Positions 12,901 to 28,600 of a DNA stretch of 64,000 bases are shown piece by piece. The position numbers and the translations under genes were made by a program. The stretch comes from Haplodiscus bocki (taxonomy: Eukaryota), in contig OZ296649.1 of the NCBI GenBank assembly GCA_965655095.1, positions 13,268,001 through 13,332,000 on the forward strand, in the 5' to 3' direction. The notes below the pieces were generated by a model. That model had not been told where the DNA came from. It made no database searches and saw nothing but the letters and a program-made list of their open reading frames with translations. How positions within the stretch are numbered: position 1 is the first letter of the stretch; each line of letters begins with the position of its first letter.

Positions 12901-15900
12901 ATTTTTTTTGAGATTTTACTCAACACAATCACGATCAACAGAACCACACAAGACATGTTTTCCGGCAAAACGAAAGATTTGATTTTTTCGGTCTATTGTC
13001 AAACTTTCTAGGTATTTGTATATCTAATGTTTTCCACTGAGATAAAATACACATTCCACAATACAAGTTTTGGCGATTGGTATATGACCCTCCATACATT
13101 AAATATCTGTAACACTAGTCTGTTATTCTGATTTTTAGCCATTTTCATTTTGATTAACTTTTTCGAAAGCTGCTTCGTCATCAAGTAAATTGCGATGCAT
13201 TATGTCAAAAATTAATTCCATTGGATTTAGCTACGTCTTATGATGATCGATGTGTCAGATTTGTGTTTTTATCGTGTCTTCCACATTGTTTGTTCGTTCT
13301 ACCAACGATTGCAATATGTCCAATTCCATCTTTCACTTGTTATGTGAGTTCAAAAATTTTCACACTGGCACTTCAAAAAAACTCTGAATCTGCACTTTCA
13401 AGAAAAAATCCAACGTTGAAAACAACTTCAAAATTTTTCTTTTATATGCTCTTTGAATTGATTTTCCAACAACATCAAGAAGATGAACATCGGATATTTT
13501 TTCTTCAATTTGTCTTTCCTATGCAGATTGTTTTCTTTGGTCCATTTGTTGTTCTTGATTTAGTTTTTTAAGTTGTTGGTTTCTGAAACTCATCGACAAA
13601 ACATTTAGTATTGTTTTTGCGGTTTTTTCTTCAGGTTCAAATGCCTTTTTAAGGAATTCATGTTCACTTCAGTAAGTTTCAATACTTTGGCCTCCACTTA
13701 AATGTGTCCAGGAAGTATTACTTCGGGTGACATAATTCTTTATTTAAAGAACAGCAATAAATTTTATTTAAAATTTTGAACATCAACTGAATTGGGTAAA
13801 TTATCATTTATACCTTCTCGAATTACAGATGGAATATGCAATTTAGTAAAAATTGATTCACATTCAACGATCGCACTCTGGTGTGAGCTTTTAACATCAT
13901 AAACCATTACCCAATCAACTCTTCGAGATGGGTTGGCTTCTCCAACGTCTAGTTTTGAGTCAATATTTTTTTCTGCTTCAGGCAACTCATTTCTTTCTCC
14001 TTTACACTTTTGTATGACTCTTTCGGAAAGTTAGTGTCTACTCACCGATTTTTTTCTGATAATCTTACTTTTACATTTTTGTACAGTTTGGTAAAAATGA
14101 CATAACTATCAAGAATATAAAAAAGTAAAAGTGTTTTTTGTTTATATTCCGGCTCGAGGCTTTTCAAAGTAATTTAGCCAGAGAAGTTCCAAAGTTTTGA
14201 TCGACTGGTCCATCTTCATAAGCGTCAATCGATCGACCAAAAAAAATTCCAAACACTCATGAAAAAGTTACCATAAACATCCTTTCCGTTACCAGTGCTT
14301 CTTTCGTCAATTAAAAAATCCTTCCTAAAGAAGATACTTAAAATACAAATTTTCCCCCACAAATTTGTCATGCCTTGCAATTTGTTTTAAATCTAGCGTG
14401 TAACTTAGCTAAGGTTGATACGATCAATGTATCTTGAAGCTGCCATTCAAATCAATCTTTTCACCAACAGTTTTTTTACATATCATCATGCCTTTAATTG
14501 TTTTTTAATAACTGATCCTGTAATTAAAAAGATTCTCTTGAATTTTGAGTGGTCTTTTCGTTTTATTCATGCTACGACAAAATGAAATAAGTTGCAGACA
14601 TTTTTTGGATGAATTTTCATATTTTGAATTAGATTCAATACCAGCATTTACTTTCGGAACGAAAAGACCTTTACCAGCAGGAATAGTTTCCAAAAAGTCT
14701 CGTCAAAGTAGTAAATGATTTATAATTGAAAGTTCAAAAAGTTGCAACGAGTTTTGAGCAAACTAATTTATTTTAGAGGCAGTACGTTTTCCAAAGCCAA
14801 TCTTGAGCAATTTGTTTCTTTTTTTTCCACATTAGAATTTAATGATCAAACATAAACTTAAAACAACCTTCAACACCAAAAGGTTTTAGAACATCTAAAC
14901 ACTTTTCTTTCTTCATCACTCATTTTACGATGCCATCTCAGTTTCAATTGGGAAACAAAATAAAGAAACCGCTGCGTGCGGTACTGTGTTATTTCTTTCG
15001 ACTAATTGAAATTCAAAAGCCAAAAACAAAAAAAGCTGATTTGATACCATTTTGAGTTCAAACTCTAATCCTATGGTGTTTCTGACATTTTTAATGATTT
15101 TAGAACTTTGATTTCAATTTTTTTTCTTATCCTTCAGTGGCTGTTTTTCTTTGAACTAGAATATGGTTTTCTGTATACAAATAAACAACCATTTCTATAT
15201 TTTGAACATTTAGCTACTTTTTTTTGAGAGTTTGTTAATCACCATCACGATCCACAGAATCACACAAGACATGTTTTCCGGCAAAACAAAAGATTTGATT
15301 TTTTTGCTCTATTGTCAAACTTTCTAGGTATTTGTATATCTAATGTTTTCCACTGAGATAAAATACACATTCCACAATACAAGTTTTGGCGATTGGTTTA
15401 TAAACCTCCATACATTGAATATCTGTAACACTAGTCTGTTATTCTGATTTTTAGCCATATTCAATTTGATTAACTTTTTCGAAAGCTGCTTCGTCATGAA
15501 GTAAATTGCGATGAATTATGTCAAAGTTTACTTCCATTGGATTTAGCTACGTCTCATGATGATCGATGTGTCAGATTCGTGATTTTATCGTGTCTTCCAC
15601 ATTGTTTGTTCGTTCTACCAACGATTGCAATACGTCCCATTCCATCTTTCACTTTTTATGAGAGTTCATAAAGTTTCACACTGGCACTTCAAAAAAACTC
15701 TGCATCTGCATTTTCAAGAAAAAATCCAACGTTGAAAACAACTTCAAGTTTTTTCTTTTATATGCTCTTTGAATTGATTTTCCAACAACATCAAGAAGAT
15801 GAACATCGGATATTTTTTCTTCAATTTGTTTTTCCTATGCAGATTGTTCTCTTTTGTCCATTTGTTGTTCTTGAATTAGTTTTTTATGTAGTTGGTTTCT

Positions 15901-18900
15901 GAAATTTTTCGACAAAACGTTTAGACTCGTTTTTGCGGCTTTTTGTTCAGGGTCAAATGCCTTTTTAAGGAATTCATGTTCACTTCAGTAAATTTCATTA
16001 CTTTGGCTTCAACTTGTTTGTGTCCAGGAAGTATTACTTCGGGTGACATATTTTTTTAATTAAAAAACGGCAATCAATTTTATTTGAAACTTTGAACATC
16101 AGCTGATCTAGGTAAATAATCAATTATACCATCTCAAATTACAGATGCAAAATCCATTTTAGTATGAATTGATTCACATTCAACCATCGCACTCTGATGT
16201 GAGCTTTTAGCATCATAAACCATTACCCAATCATCTTTTCGATATGGGTCGGCTTCGCCAATGTCTAGTTTTTAGTCAACTATTTTTTTCTGCTTCAGGC
16301 AACTCGTTTATCTTCTCATTTACACATTTGTATGACTCTTTCGGAAAGTTAGTGTCTACTCATAGATCGTTTTTTGATAATCTTCCTTTTACATTTTTGT
16401 ACAGTTTTGTAAAAATGACATAACTATCAAGAAAATAAAAAAGTAAATCTGTTTTTTGTTTTTAATCCGGCTCGAGGCTTCTCAAAGTAATTTAGCCAGA
16501 GAAGGTCCAAAGTTTTGATCGACTGGTCCATCCTCATAAGCGTCAATCGATCGACCAAGAGAAATTCCAAATACTCATGAAAAACTTACCATAAACATCT
16601 TCTCCGTTACCAGTGCTTCTTTCGTCAATAAAAAATCCTTCCTAAAGAAGATACTTAAAATATAAATTTTCCCCCACAAATTTACCATGTCTTGCATTTT
16701 GTTTTATTTCTAGCGTGTAACTTATCTAAGGTTGATACGATCAATGTTTCTTAAAGCTGCCATTGAAATCATTTTTTTCATCAACAGTTTTTTTACATAT
16801 CATCATGCCTTTAACTGTTTTTTAATAACTGATCCTGTAATTAAAAAGATTCTCCCAAATTTTGAGTTCTTTTCGTTTTATTCATGCTACGACAAAATGA
16901 AATAAGTTGCAGACATTTTTTGGATGAATTTTCATATTTTGAATTAGATTCAATACCAGCATTTACTTTCGGAACGAAAAGACCTTTACCAGCAGGAATA
17001 GTTTCCAAAAAGTCTCGTCAAAGTAGTAAATGATTTATATTTGAAAGTTCAAAAAGTTGCAACGAGTTTTGGGCAAACTAATTTATTTTAGAGGCAGTAC
17101 ATTTTCCAAAGCCAATCTTGAGCAATTTGTTTGTTTTCCACATTAGAATTTATTGATCAAACATAAACATAAAACAACCTCCAACAACAAAAGGTTTTAG
17201 AACATCTAAACCCTTTTTCTTTCTTCATCACTCTTTTTACGATGCCATTTCAGTTTCAATTTAGAAACAAGATAAAGAAACCGCTGCGTGCGGTACTGTG
17301 TTATTTCTTTCGACTGTTTGAAATTCAAAGGCCAAAAACAAGAAAGCTGATTTGATACCATTTTCAGTTCAAACTCTAATCCTATGGTGTTTCTGACATT
17401 TTTAATGATTTTAGAACTTTGATTTCAACTTTTTTTCTTATCCTTCAGTGGCTTTTTTTCTTTGAACTACAATATGGTTTTCTGTATACAAATAAACAAC
17501 CATTTCTATATTTCGAACATTTAGCTACTTTTTTTTGAGATTTTGCTAAACACCATCACGATCCACAGAATCACACAAGATATGATTTCCGGCAAAACAA
17601 AAGGTTTGATATCTTTGCTGTATTGTCAAACTTTCTATGTATTTGTATATCCAATGTTTTCCACTGAGATAAAATACACATTCCACAATACAAGTTTTGG
17701 CGATTGATTTAAGTCGCCTCACACAATAAATATCTGTAACACTAGTTTGTTACTCTGATTTTTAGCGATATTCATTTTGATTAACTTCCCCGAAAGCTGC
17801 TTCATCATGAAATAAATTGCAATGAATTTTGTGAAAGTTTACTTCCATTGGATTTAGCTACGTCTCATGATGATCGATGTGTCAGATTTGTGTTTTTATC
17901 GTGTCTTCCACATTGTTTGTTCGTTCTACCAACGATTGCGATACGTCCAATTCCATCTTTCAGTTGTTATGTGAGTTCATAAACTTTCATACTGGCACTT
18001 CAAAAAAACTCTGAATCTGCACTTTCAAGAAAAAATCCAACGTTGAAAACAACTTCAAGTTTTTTCTTTTATATGCTCTTTGAATTGATTTTCCAACAAC
18101 ATCAAGAAGATGAACATCGGATATTTTTTCTTCAATTTGTTTTTCCTATGCAGATTGTTCTCTTTTGTCCATTTGTTGTTCTTGAATTAGTTTTTTATGT
18201 AGTTGGTTTCTGAAATTCTTCGACAAAACGTTTAGACTCGTTTTTGCGGCTTTTTGTTCAGGGTCAAATGCCTTTTTAAGGAATTCATGTTCACTTCAGT
18301 AAATTTCATTACTTTGGCTTCAACTTGTTTGTGTCCAGGAAGTATTACTTCGGGTGACATATTTTTTTAATTAAAAAACGGCAATCAATTTTATTTGAAA
18401 CTTTGAACATCAGCTGATCTAGGTAAATAATCAATTATACCATCTCAAATTACAGATGCAAAATCCATTTTAGTATGAATTGATTCACATTCAACCATCG
18501 CACTCTGATGTGAGCTTTTAGCATCATAAACCATTACCCAATCATCTTTTCGATATGGGTCGGCTTCGCCAATGTCTAGTTTTTAGTCAACTATTTTTTT
18601 CTGCTTCAGGCAACTCGTTTATCTTCTCATTTACACATTTGTATGACTCTTTCGGAAAGTTAGTGTCTACTCATAGATCGTTTTTTGATAATCTTCCTTT
18701 TACATTTTTGTACAGTTTTGTAAAAATGACATAACTATCAAGAAAATAAAAAAGTAAATCTGTTTTTTGTTTTTAATCCGGCTCGAGGCTTCTCAAAGTA
18801 ATTTAGCCAGAGAAGGTCCAAAGTTTTGATCGACTGGTCCATCCTCATAAGCGTCAATCGATCGACCAAGAGAAATTCCAAATACTCATGAAAAACTTAC

Positions 18901-21900
18901 CATAAACATCTTCTCCGTTACCAGTGCTTCTTTCGTCAATAAAAAATCCTTCCTAAAGAAGATACTTAAAATATAAATTTTCCCCCACAAATTTACCATG
19001 TCTTGCATTTTGTTTTATTTCTAGCGTGTAACTTATCTAAGGTTGATACGATCAATGTTTCTTAAAGCTGCCATTGAAATCATTTTTTTCATCAACAGTT
19101 TTTTTACATATCATCATGCCTTTAACTGTTTTTTAATAACTGATCCTGTAATTAAAAAGATTCTCCCAAATTTTGAGTTCTTTTCGTTTTATTCATGCTA
19201 CGACAAAATGAAATAAGTTGCAGACATTTTTTGGATGAATTTTCATATTTTGAATTAGATTCAATACCAGCATTTACTTTCGGAACGAAAAGACCTTTAC
19301 CAGCAGGAATAGTTTCCAAAAAGTCTCGTCAAAGTAGTAAATGATTTATATTTGAAAGTTCAAAAAGTTGCAACGAGTTTTGGGCAAACTAATTTATTTT
19401 AGAGGCAGTACATTTTCCAAAGCCAATCTTGAGCAATTTGTTTGTTTTCCACATTAGAATTTATTGATCAAACATAAACATAAAACAACCTCCAACAACA
19501 AAAGGTTTTAGAACATTTAAACCCTTTTTCTTTCTTCATCACTCTTTTTACGATGCCATTTCAGTTTCAATTTAGAAACAAGATAAAGAAACCGCTGCGT
19601 GCGGTACTGTGTTATTTCTTTCGACTGTTTGAAATTCAAAGGCCAAAAACAAGAAAGCTGATTTGATACCATTTTCAGTTCAAACTCTAATCCTATGGTG
19701 TTTCTGACATTTTTAATGATTTTAGAACTTTGATTTCAACTTTTTTTCTTATCCTTCAGTGGCTTTTTTTCTTTGAACTACAATATGGTTTTCTGTATAC
19801 AAATAAACAACCATTTCTATATTTCGAACATTTAGCTACTTTTTTTTGAGATTTTGCTAAACACCATCACGATCCACAGAATCACACAAGATATGATTTC
19901 CGGCAAAACAAAAGGTTTGATATCTTTGCTGTATTGTCAAACTTTCTATGTATTTGTATATCCAATGTTTTCCACTGAGATAAAATACACATTCCACAAT
20001 ACAAGTTTTGGCGATTGATTTAAGTCGCCTCACACAATAAATATCTGTAACACTAGTTTGTTACTCTGATTTTTAGCGATATTCATTTTGATTAACTTCC
20101 CCGAAAGCTGCTTCATCATGAAATAAATTGCAATGAATTTTGTGAAAGTTTACTTCCATTGGATTTAGCTACGTCTCATGATGATCGATGTGTCAGATTT
20201 GTGTTTTTATCGTGTCTTCCACATTGTTTGTTCGTTCTACCAACGATTGCGATACGTCCAATTCCATCTTTCAGTTGTTATGTGAGTTCATAAACTTTCA
20301 TACTGGCACTTCAAAAAAACTCTGAATCTGCACTTTCAAGAAAAAATCCAACGTTGAAAACAACTTCAACTTTTTTCTTTTATATGCTCTTTGAATTGAT
20401 TTTCCAACAACATCAAGAAGATGAACATCGGATATTTTTTCTTCAATTTGTTTTTCCTATGCAGATTGTTCTCTTTTGTCCATTTGTTGTTCTTGAATTA
20501 GTTTTTTATGTAGTTGGTTTCTGAAATTCTTCGACAAAACGTTTAGACTCGTTTTTGCGGCTTTTTGTTCAGGGTCAAATGCCTTTTTAAGGAATTCATG
20601 TTCACTTCAGAAAATTTCATTACTTTGGCTTAAACTTGTTTGTGTCCAGGAAGTATTACTTCGGGTGACATAATTTTTTAATTAAAGAACGGCAATCAAT
20701 TTTATTTGAAACTTTGAACATCAGCTGATCTAGGTAAACAATCAATTATACCATCTCAAATTACAGATGCAAAATCCATTTTAGTATGAATTGTTTCACA
20801 TTCAACCATCGCACTCTGATGTGAGCTTTTAGCATCATAAGCCATTACCCAGTCATCTCTTTGAGATGGGTTGGCTTCGCCAATGTCTAGTTTTGAGTCA
20901 ACTATTTTTTCCGCTTCAGGCAACTCACTTATTTTCTCAATTACACTTTTGTATGACTCTTTCGGAAAGTTAGTGTTCACTCATCGACCATTTTCTGATA
21001 ATCTTCCTTTTACATTTTTGTACAGTTTGGTAAAAATGACATAACTATCAAGAAAAAAAAAGTAAATCTTTTTTTATCTTACATTCCTGCTCAAGGCTTT
21101 TCAAAGTAATTTGAGCCAGAGAAGGTCCAAAAATTTAATCGACTGGTCCATCTTCATAGGCGTCAATCAATCGACCAAAAAAAATCCAAACACTCATGAA
21201 AAAAATACCATAAACATCCTCTGCGTTACCAGTGCTTCTTTCCTTAATAGAAAAATCCGTCCTAAAGAAGATACTTAAAAAAATTTTTCCCCCGCAAAGT
21301 TGCCATGTCTTGCATGTTCTTCTAAGTCTAGGGTGTAACTCCGCCAAGGTTGATACGTTCAATGCTTCTTAAAGCTGCCAATCAAATCGTTTTTTTCATC
21401 AACAGTTTTCTTTACATATCTTCATGCCTTTAATTGTTTTTTAAAAACTGATCCTGTAATTGAAAAGTTTCCCAAAATTCTGAGTGGTCCTTTCGTTTTT
21501 TTCAAGCTACGACAAAATGAAAAAAGTTGCAGACCTTTTTCGGATAAATTTTCAAACTTTGAATTAGATTCAATACCAGTATTTACTTTCGAAACGAAAA
21601 GACGTTTACCAGCAGGAATATTTTCCGAAATGTCTTGACAAAGTAGTAAATGATTTGTAATCGAAAGTTCATAAAATTGCAACGAGTTTTGAGCAAACTA
21701 ATTTTTTTCAGAGGCAGAACAAATTCCAATGCCAATTTTGAACATTTTGTTTCCTTTTTTCCAAATTAGAGCTTAATGATCAAACATAAACATAAAACAA
21801 CCTTCAACATCAAAAAGTTTTAAAACATATAAACGCTTCATCTTTCTTCATTACTCATTTTACGATTCGATCTCAATTTCAATTTAGAAACAAAATAAAG

Positions 21901-24900
21901 AAACCGCTGCGTGCGGTACTGTGTCATTCCTTTCGACTGTTTGAAATTCAAAAGCCAATAACCTAAAAAGCTGATTTGATACGTTTCTGAGTTTAAACTC
22001 TAATACTATGGTGTTTTTGACGTTTTTATTGATTTTAGAACTATGACTCTAACTTTATTTTTTGACCTTCTGTGTCTGTTTTTCTTTGGACTACTACTGG
22101 GTTTTCCGTATACAAATAAACATCCATTTCCATATTTCGAACAAAAAGCTTTTTTTTTGAGATTTTACTCAACACAATCACGATCAACAGAATCACACAA
22201 GACATGTTTTCCGGCAAAACGAAAGATTTGATTTTTTTGCTCTATTGTCAAACTTTCTAGGTATTTGTATATCTAATGTTTTCCACTGAGATAAAATACA
22301 CATTCCACAATACAAGTTTTGGCGATTGGTATATGACCCTCCATACATTAAATATCTGTAACACTAGTCTGTTATTCTGATTTTTAGCCATTTTCATTTT
22401 GATTAACTTTTTCGAAAGCTGCTTCGTCATCAAGTAAATTGCGATGAATTATGTCAAAAATTAATTCCATTGGATTTAGCTACGTCTTATGATGATCGAT
22501 GTGTCAGATTTGTGTTTTTATCGTGTCTTCCACATTGTTTGTTCGTTCTACCAACGATTGCAATATGTCCAATTCCATCTTTCACTTGTTATGTGAGTTC
22601 AAAAATTTTCACACTGGCACTTCAAAAAAACTCTGAATCTGCACTTTCAAGAAAAAATCCAACGTTGAAAACAACTTCAAAATTTTTCTTTTATATGCTC
22701 TTTGAATTGATTTTCCAACAACATCAAGAAGATGAACATCGGATATTTTTTCTTCAATTTGTCTTTCCTATGCAGATTGTTTTCTTTGGTCCATTTGTTG
22801 TTCTTGATTTAGTTTTTTAAGTTGTTGGTTTCTGAAACTCATCGACAAAACATTTAGTATTGTTTTTGCGGTTTTTTCTTCAGGTTCAAATGCCTTTTTA
22901 AAGAATTCATGTTCACTTCAGTAAGTTTCAATACTTTGGCCTCAACCTAAATGTGTCCAGGAAGTATTACTTCGGGTGACATAATTCTTTATTTAAAGAA
23001 CGGCAATAAATTTTATTTAAAATTTTGAACATCAACTGAATTGGGTAAATTATCATTTATACCTTCTCGAATTACAGATGGAATATCCAATTTAGTAAAA
23101 ATTGGTTCACATTCAACGATCGCACTCTGGTGTGAGCTTTTAACATCATAAACCATTACCCAATCAACTCTTCGAGATGGGTTGGCTTCTCCAACGTCTA
23201 GTTTTGAGTCAATATTTTTTTCTGCTTCAGGCAACTCATTTTTTTTCTCCTTTACACTTTTGTATGACTCTTTCGGAAAGTTAGTGTCTACTCACCGATT
23301 TTTTTCTGATAATCTTACTTTTACATTTTTGTACAGTTTGGTAAAAATGACATAACTATCAAGAATATAAAAAAGTAAATGTGTTTTTTGTTTATATTCC
23401 GGCTCGAGGCTTTACAAAGTAATTTAGCCAGAGAAGTTCCAAAGTTTTGATCGACTGGTCCATCTTCATAAGCGTCAACCGATCGACCAAAAAAAATTCC
23501 AATTACTCATGAAAAAGTTACCATAAACATCCTTTCAGTTACCAGTGCTTCTTTCGTCAATTAAAAAATCCTTCCTAAAGAAGATACTTAAAATACAAAT
23601 TTTCCCCCACAAATTTGTCATGCCTTGCAATTTGTTTTAAATCTAGCGTGTAACTTAGCTAAGGTTGATACGATCAATGTATCTTGAAGCTGCCATTCAA
23701 ATCAATCTTTTCACCAACAGTTTTTTTACATATCATCATGCCTTTAATTGTTTTTTAATAACTGATCCTGTAATTAAAAAGATTCTCTTGAATTTTGAGT
23801 GGTCTTTTCGTTTTATTCATGCTACGACAAAATGAAATAAGTTGCAGACATTTTTTGGATGAATTTTCATATCTTGAATTAGATTCAATACCAGTATTTA
23901 CTTTTGGAACGGAAAGACCTTTACCAGCAGGAATAGTTTCCAAAAAGTCTCGTCAAAGTAGTAAATGATTTATAATTGAAAGTTCAAAAAGTTGCAACGA
24001 GTTTTGAGCAAACAAATTTATTTTAGAGGCAGTACATTTTCCAAAGCCAATCTTGAGCAATTTGTTTCTTTTTTTTCCACATTAGAATTTAATGATCAAA
24101 CATAAACTTAAAACAACCTTCAACACCAAAAGGTTTTAGAACATCTAAACACCTTTTCTTTCTTCATCACTCATTTTACGATGCCATCTCAGTTTCAATT
24201 GGGAAACAAAATAAAGAAACCGCTGCGTGCGGTACTGTGTTATTTCTTTCGACTAATTGAAATTCAAAAGCCAAAAACAAAAAAAGCTGATTTGATACCA
24301 TTTTGAGTTCAAACTCTAATCCTATGGTGTTTCTGACATTTTTAATGATTTTAGAACTTTGATTTCAATTTTTTTTCTTATTCTTCAGTGGCTGTTTTTC
24401 TTTGAACTAGAATATGGTTTTCTGTATACAAATAAACAACCATTTCTATATTTTGAACATTTAGCTACTTTTTTTTGAGAGTTTGTTAATCACCATCACG
24501 ATCCACAGAATCACACAAGACATGTTTTCCGGCAAAACAAAAGATTTGATTTTTTTGCTCTATTGTCAAACTTTCTAGGTATTTGTATATCTAATGTTTT
24601 CCACTGAGATAAAATACACATTCCACAATACAAGTTTTGGCGATTGGTTTATAAACCTCCATACATTGAATATCTGTAACACTAGTCTGTTATTCTGATT
24701 TTTAGCCATATTCAATTTGATTAACTTTTTCGAAAGCTGCTTCGTCATGAAGTAAATTGCGATGAATTATGTCAAAGTTTACTTCCATTGGATTTAGCTA
24801 CGTCTCATGATGATCGATGTGTCAGATTCGTGTTTTTATCGTGTCTTCCACATTGTTTGTTCGTTCTACCAACGATTACAATACGTCCCGTTCCATCTTT

Positions 24901-25650
24901 CACTTTTTATGAGAGTTCATAAAGTTTCACACTGGCACTTCAAAAAAACTCTGCATCTGCATTTTCAAGAAAAAATCCAACGTTGAAAACAACTTCAAGT
25001 TTTTTCTTTTATATGCTCTTTGAATTGATTTTCCAACAACATCAAGAAGATGAACATCGGATATTTTTTCTTCATTTTGTTTTTCCTATGCAGATTGTTC
25101 TCTTTTGTCCATTTGATGTTCTTGAATTAGTTTTTTATGTAGTTGGTTTCTGAAATTCTTCGACAAAACGTTTAGACTCGTTTTTGCGGCTTTTTGTTCA
25201 GGGTCAAATGCCTTTTTAAGGAATTCATGTTCACTTCAGTAAATTTCATTACTTTGGCTTCAACTTGTTTGTGTCCAGGAAGTATTACTTCGGGTGACAT
25301 ATTTTTTTAATTAAAAAACGGCAATCAGTTTTATTTGAAACTTTGAACATCAGCTGATCTAGGTAAATAATCAATTATACCATCTCAAATTACAGATGCA
25401 AAATCCATTTTAGTATGAATTGATTCACATTCAACCATCGCACTCTGATGTGAGATTTTAGCATCATAAACCATTACCCAATCATCTTTTCGAAATGGGT
25501 CGGCTTCGCCAATGTCTAGTTTTTAGTCAACTATTTTTTTCTGCTTCAGGCAACTCGTTTATCTTCTCATTTACACATTTGTATGACTCTTTCGGAAAGT
25601 TAGTGTCTACTCATAGATCGTTTTTTGATAATCTTCCTTTTACATTTTTG
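9930..25650. repeat. Higher-order block 1: ~9930-16400 repeated at ~19180-25650 (offset 9250), with a hybrid monomer between
   Basis: Identical or near-identical ORF pairs 11885/21135, 12172/21422, 13221/22470, 13764/23013, 14505/23755. ~15750-18300 is also duplicated at +2311. Confidence 0.9.
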
Positions 25651-28600
25651 TACAGTTTGGTAAAAATGACATAACTATCAAGAATATAAAAAAGTAAATG
25701 TGTTTTTTGTTTATATTCCGGCTCGAGGCTTTTCAAAGTAATTTAGCCAAAGAAGGTCCAAAGTTTTGATCGACTGGTCCATCTTCATAGGCGTCAATCG
25801 ATCGACCAAGAAAAATTCCAAATACTCATGAAAAACTTACCATAAGCATCCTCTCCGTTACCAGTGCTTCTTTCGTCAATAAAAAATCCTACCCAAAGAA
25901 GATACTTAAAATATAAATTTTCCCCCACAAATTTACCATGTCTTGCATTTTGTTTTATTTCTAGCGTGTAATTTATCTAAGGTTGATACGATCAATGTTT
26001 CTTAAAGCTGCCATTGAAATCATTTTTTTCATCAACAGTTTTTTTACATATCATCATGCCTTTAATTGTTTTTTAATAACTGATCCTGTAATTAACAAGA
26101 TTCTCCCAAATTTTGAGTGGTCTTTTCGTTTTATTCATGCTACGACAAAATGAAAAAAGTTGTAGACATTTTTTGGATGAATTTCCATATTTTGAATTAG
26201 ATTCAATACCAGTATTTACTATCGGAACGAAAAGACCTTTACCAGCAGGAATAGTTTCCAAAATGTCTCGTCAATGTAGTAAATGATTTATATTTGAAAG
26301 TTCAAAAAGTTGCAACGAGTTTTGATTAAACTAAATTATTTTAGAGACAGTACAATATCCAAAGTCAATCTTGAGCAATTTGTTTCTTTTTTTCCACATT
26401 AGAATTTTTTGATCAAACATAAACATAAAACAACCTTCAACACCAGAAGATTTTAGAACATCTAAACCCCTTTTCTTTCTTCATCACTCACTTTACGATT
26501 CCATCTCAGTTTCAATTTAGAAACAAAATGAAGAAACCGCTGCGTGCGGTACTGTGTTATTTCTTTCGACTGTTTGAAATTCAAAAGCCAATAACAAAAA
26601 AGCTGATTTGATACCTTTTGGAGTTCAAACTCTAATCCTATGGTGTTTCTGACATTTTTGTTGATTTTAGAACTTTGATTTTAACTTTATTTCTTATCCT
26701 TCAGAGGCTGTTTTTCTTTGAACTACAATATGGTTTTCTGTATACAAATAAACAACCATTTCTATATTTCGAACATTTAGCTACTTTTTTTTGAGGTTTT
26801 GCTAAACACCATCACGATCCACAGAATCACACAAGACATGATTTCCAGGATAGCAATAGATTTGATTTCTTTGCTGTTTTGTCAAATTTTCTATGTATTT
26901 GTATATCTAATGTTTTCCACTGAGATAAAAAACACATTCCACAATACAAGTTTTGGCGATTGGTTTAAAACCCTGCACACAATAAATATCTGTAACACTA
27001 GTCAATTAATCTGAATTTTAGCCATATTCATTTTGATTAACTTCCTCGAAAGCTGCTTCGTCATGAAGTAAATTGCAATGAATTTTTTTCAAAGTTTACT
27101 TCCTTTGGATTTAGCTACGTCTCATGATGATTGATGTGTCCAAATTTGTGTTTTTATCGTGTCTTCCACATTGTTTGTTCGTTCTACCAATGATTGCATT
27201 ACGTCCAATTCCATCTTTCACTTGTTATGTGAGTTCATACGTTTTCACACTGGCACTTCAAAAAAACTCTGCATCTGCACTTTCAAGAGAAAATCCAACG
27301 TTGAAAACAACATCAAGTTTTTTCTTTTATATGCTCTTGGAATTGATTTTCCAACAACATCAAGAAGATGAACATCGGATATTTTTTCTTCAATTTGTTT
27401 TTCCTATGTAGATTGTTCTCTTTTGTCCATTTGTTGTTCTTGAATTAGTTTTTTAGGTTGTTGGTTTCTGAAATTGGTCGAGAAAACATTTAGACTCGTT
27501 TTTGCGGCTTTTTCTTCAGGGTCAAATGCCTTTTTAAGGAATTCATGTTCATTTCAGTAAATTTCATTACTTTGGCTTCAACTTGTTTGTGTCCAGGAAG
27601 TATTACTTCGGGTAACATAGTTTTTTAATTAAAGAACGGCAATCAATTTTATTTGAGGCTTTGAACATCAGCTGATCTAGGTAATTAATCAATTATACCT
27701 TCTCAAATTACAGATGCAAAATCCATTTTAGTATGAATTGATTCACATTCAACCATCGCACTCTGATGTGAGCTTTTGCATCATAAACCGTTACCCAGTC
27801 ATCTCTTCGAGATTGGTTGGCTTCGCCAATGTCTAGTTTTGAGTCAACTTTTTTTCCGCTTCAAGCAACTCACTTTTTTTCTCATTTACTCTTTTGTCTG
27901 ACTCTTCCGGAAAGTTAGTGTCTACTCATCGATCATTTTTTGATAATCTTACTCTTACATTTTTGCACAGTTTTGTAAAAATGACATAACTATCAAGAAA
28001 ATAAAAAAGTAAATCTGTTTTTTGTTTATAATCCGGCTCGAGGCTTCTCAAAGTAATTTAGCCAGAGAAGGTCCAAAGTTTTGATCGACTGGTCCATCCT
28101 CATAAGCGTCAATCGATCGACCAAGAGAAATTCCAAATACTCATGAAAAACTTACCATAAACATCTTCTCCGTTACCAGTGCTTCTTTCGTCAATAAAAA
28201 ATCCTTCCTAAAGAAGATACTTAAAATATAAATTTTCCCCCACAAATTTACCATGTCTTGCATTTTGTTTTATTTCTAGCGTGTAACTTATCTAAGGTTG
28301 ATACGATCAATGTTTCTTAAAGCTGCCATTGAAATCATTTTTTTCATCAACAGTTTTTTTACATATCATCATGCCTTTAACTGTTTTTTAATAACTGATC
28401 CTGTAATTAAAAAGATTCTCCCAAATTTTGAGTGGTCTTTTCGTTTTATTCATGCTACGACAAAATGAAAAAACTTGCAGACATTTTTTGGATGAATTTT
28501 CATATTTTGAATTAGATTCAATACCAGCATTTACTTTCGGAACGAAAAGACCTTTACCAGCAGGAATAGTTTCCAAAATGTCTCGTCAAAGTAGTAAATG

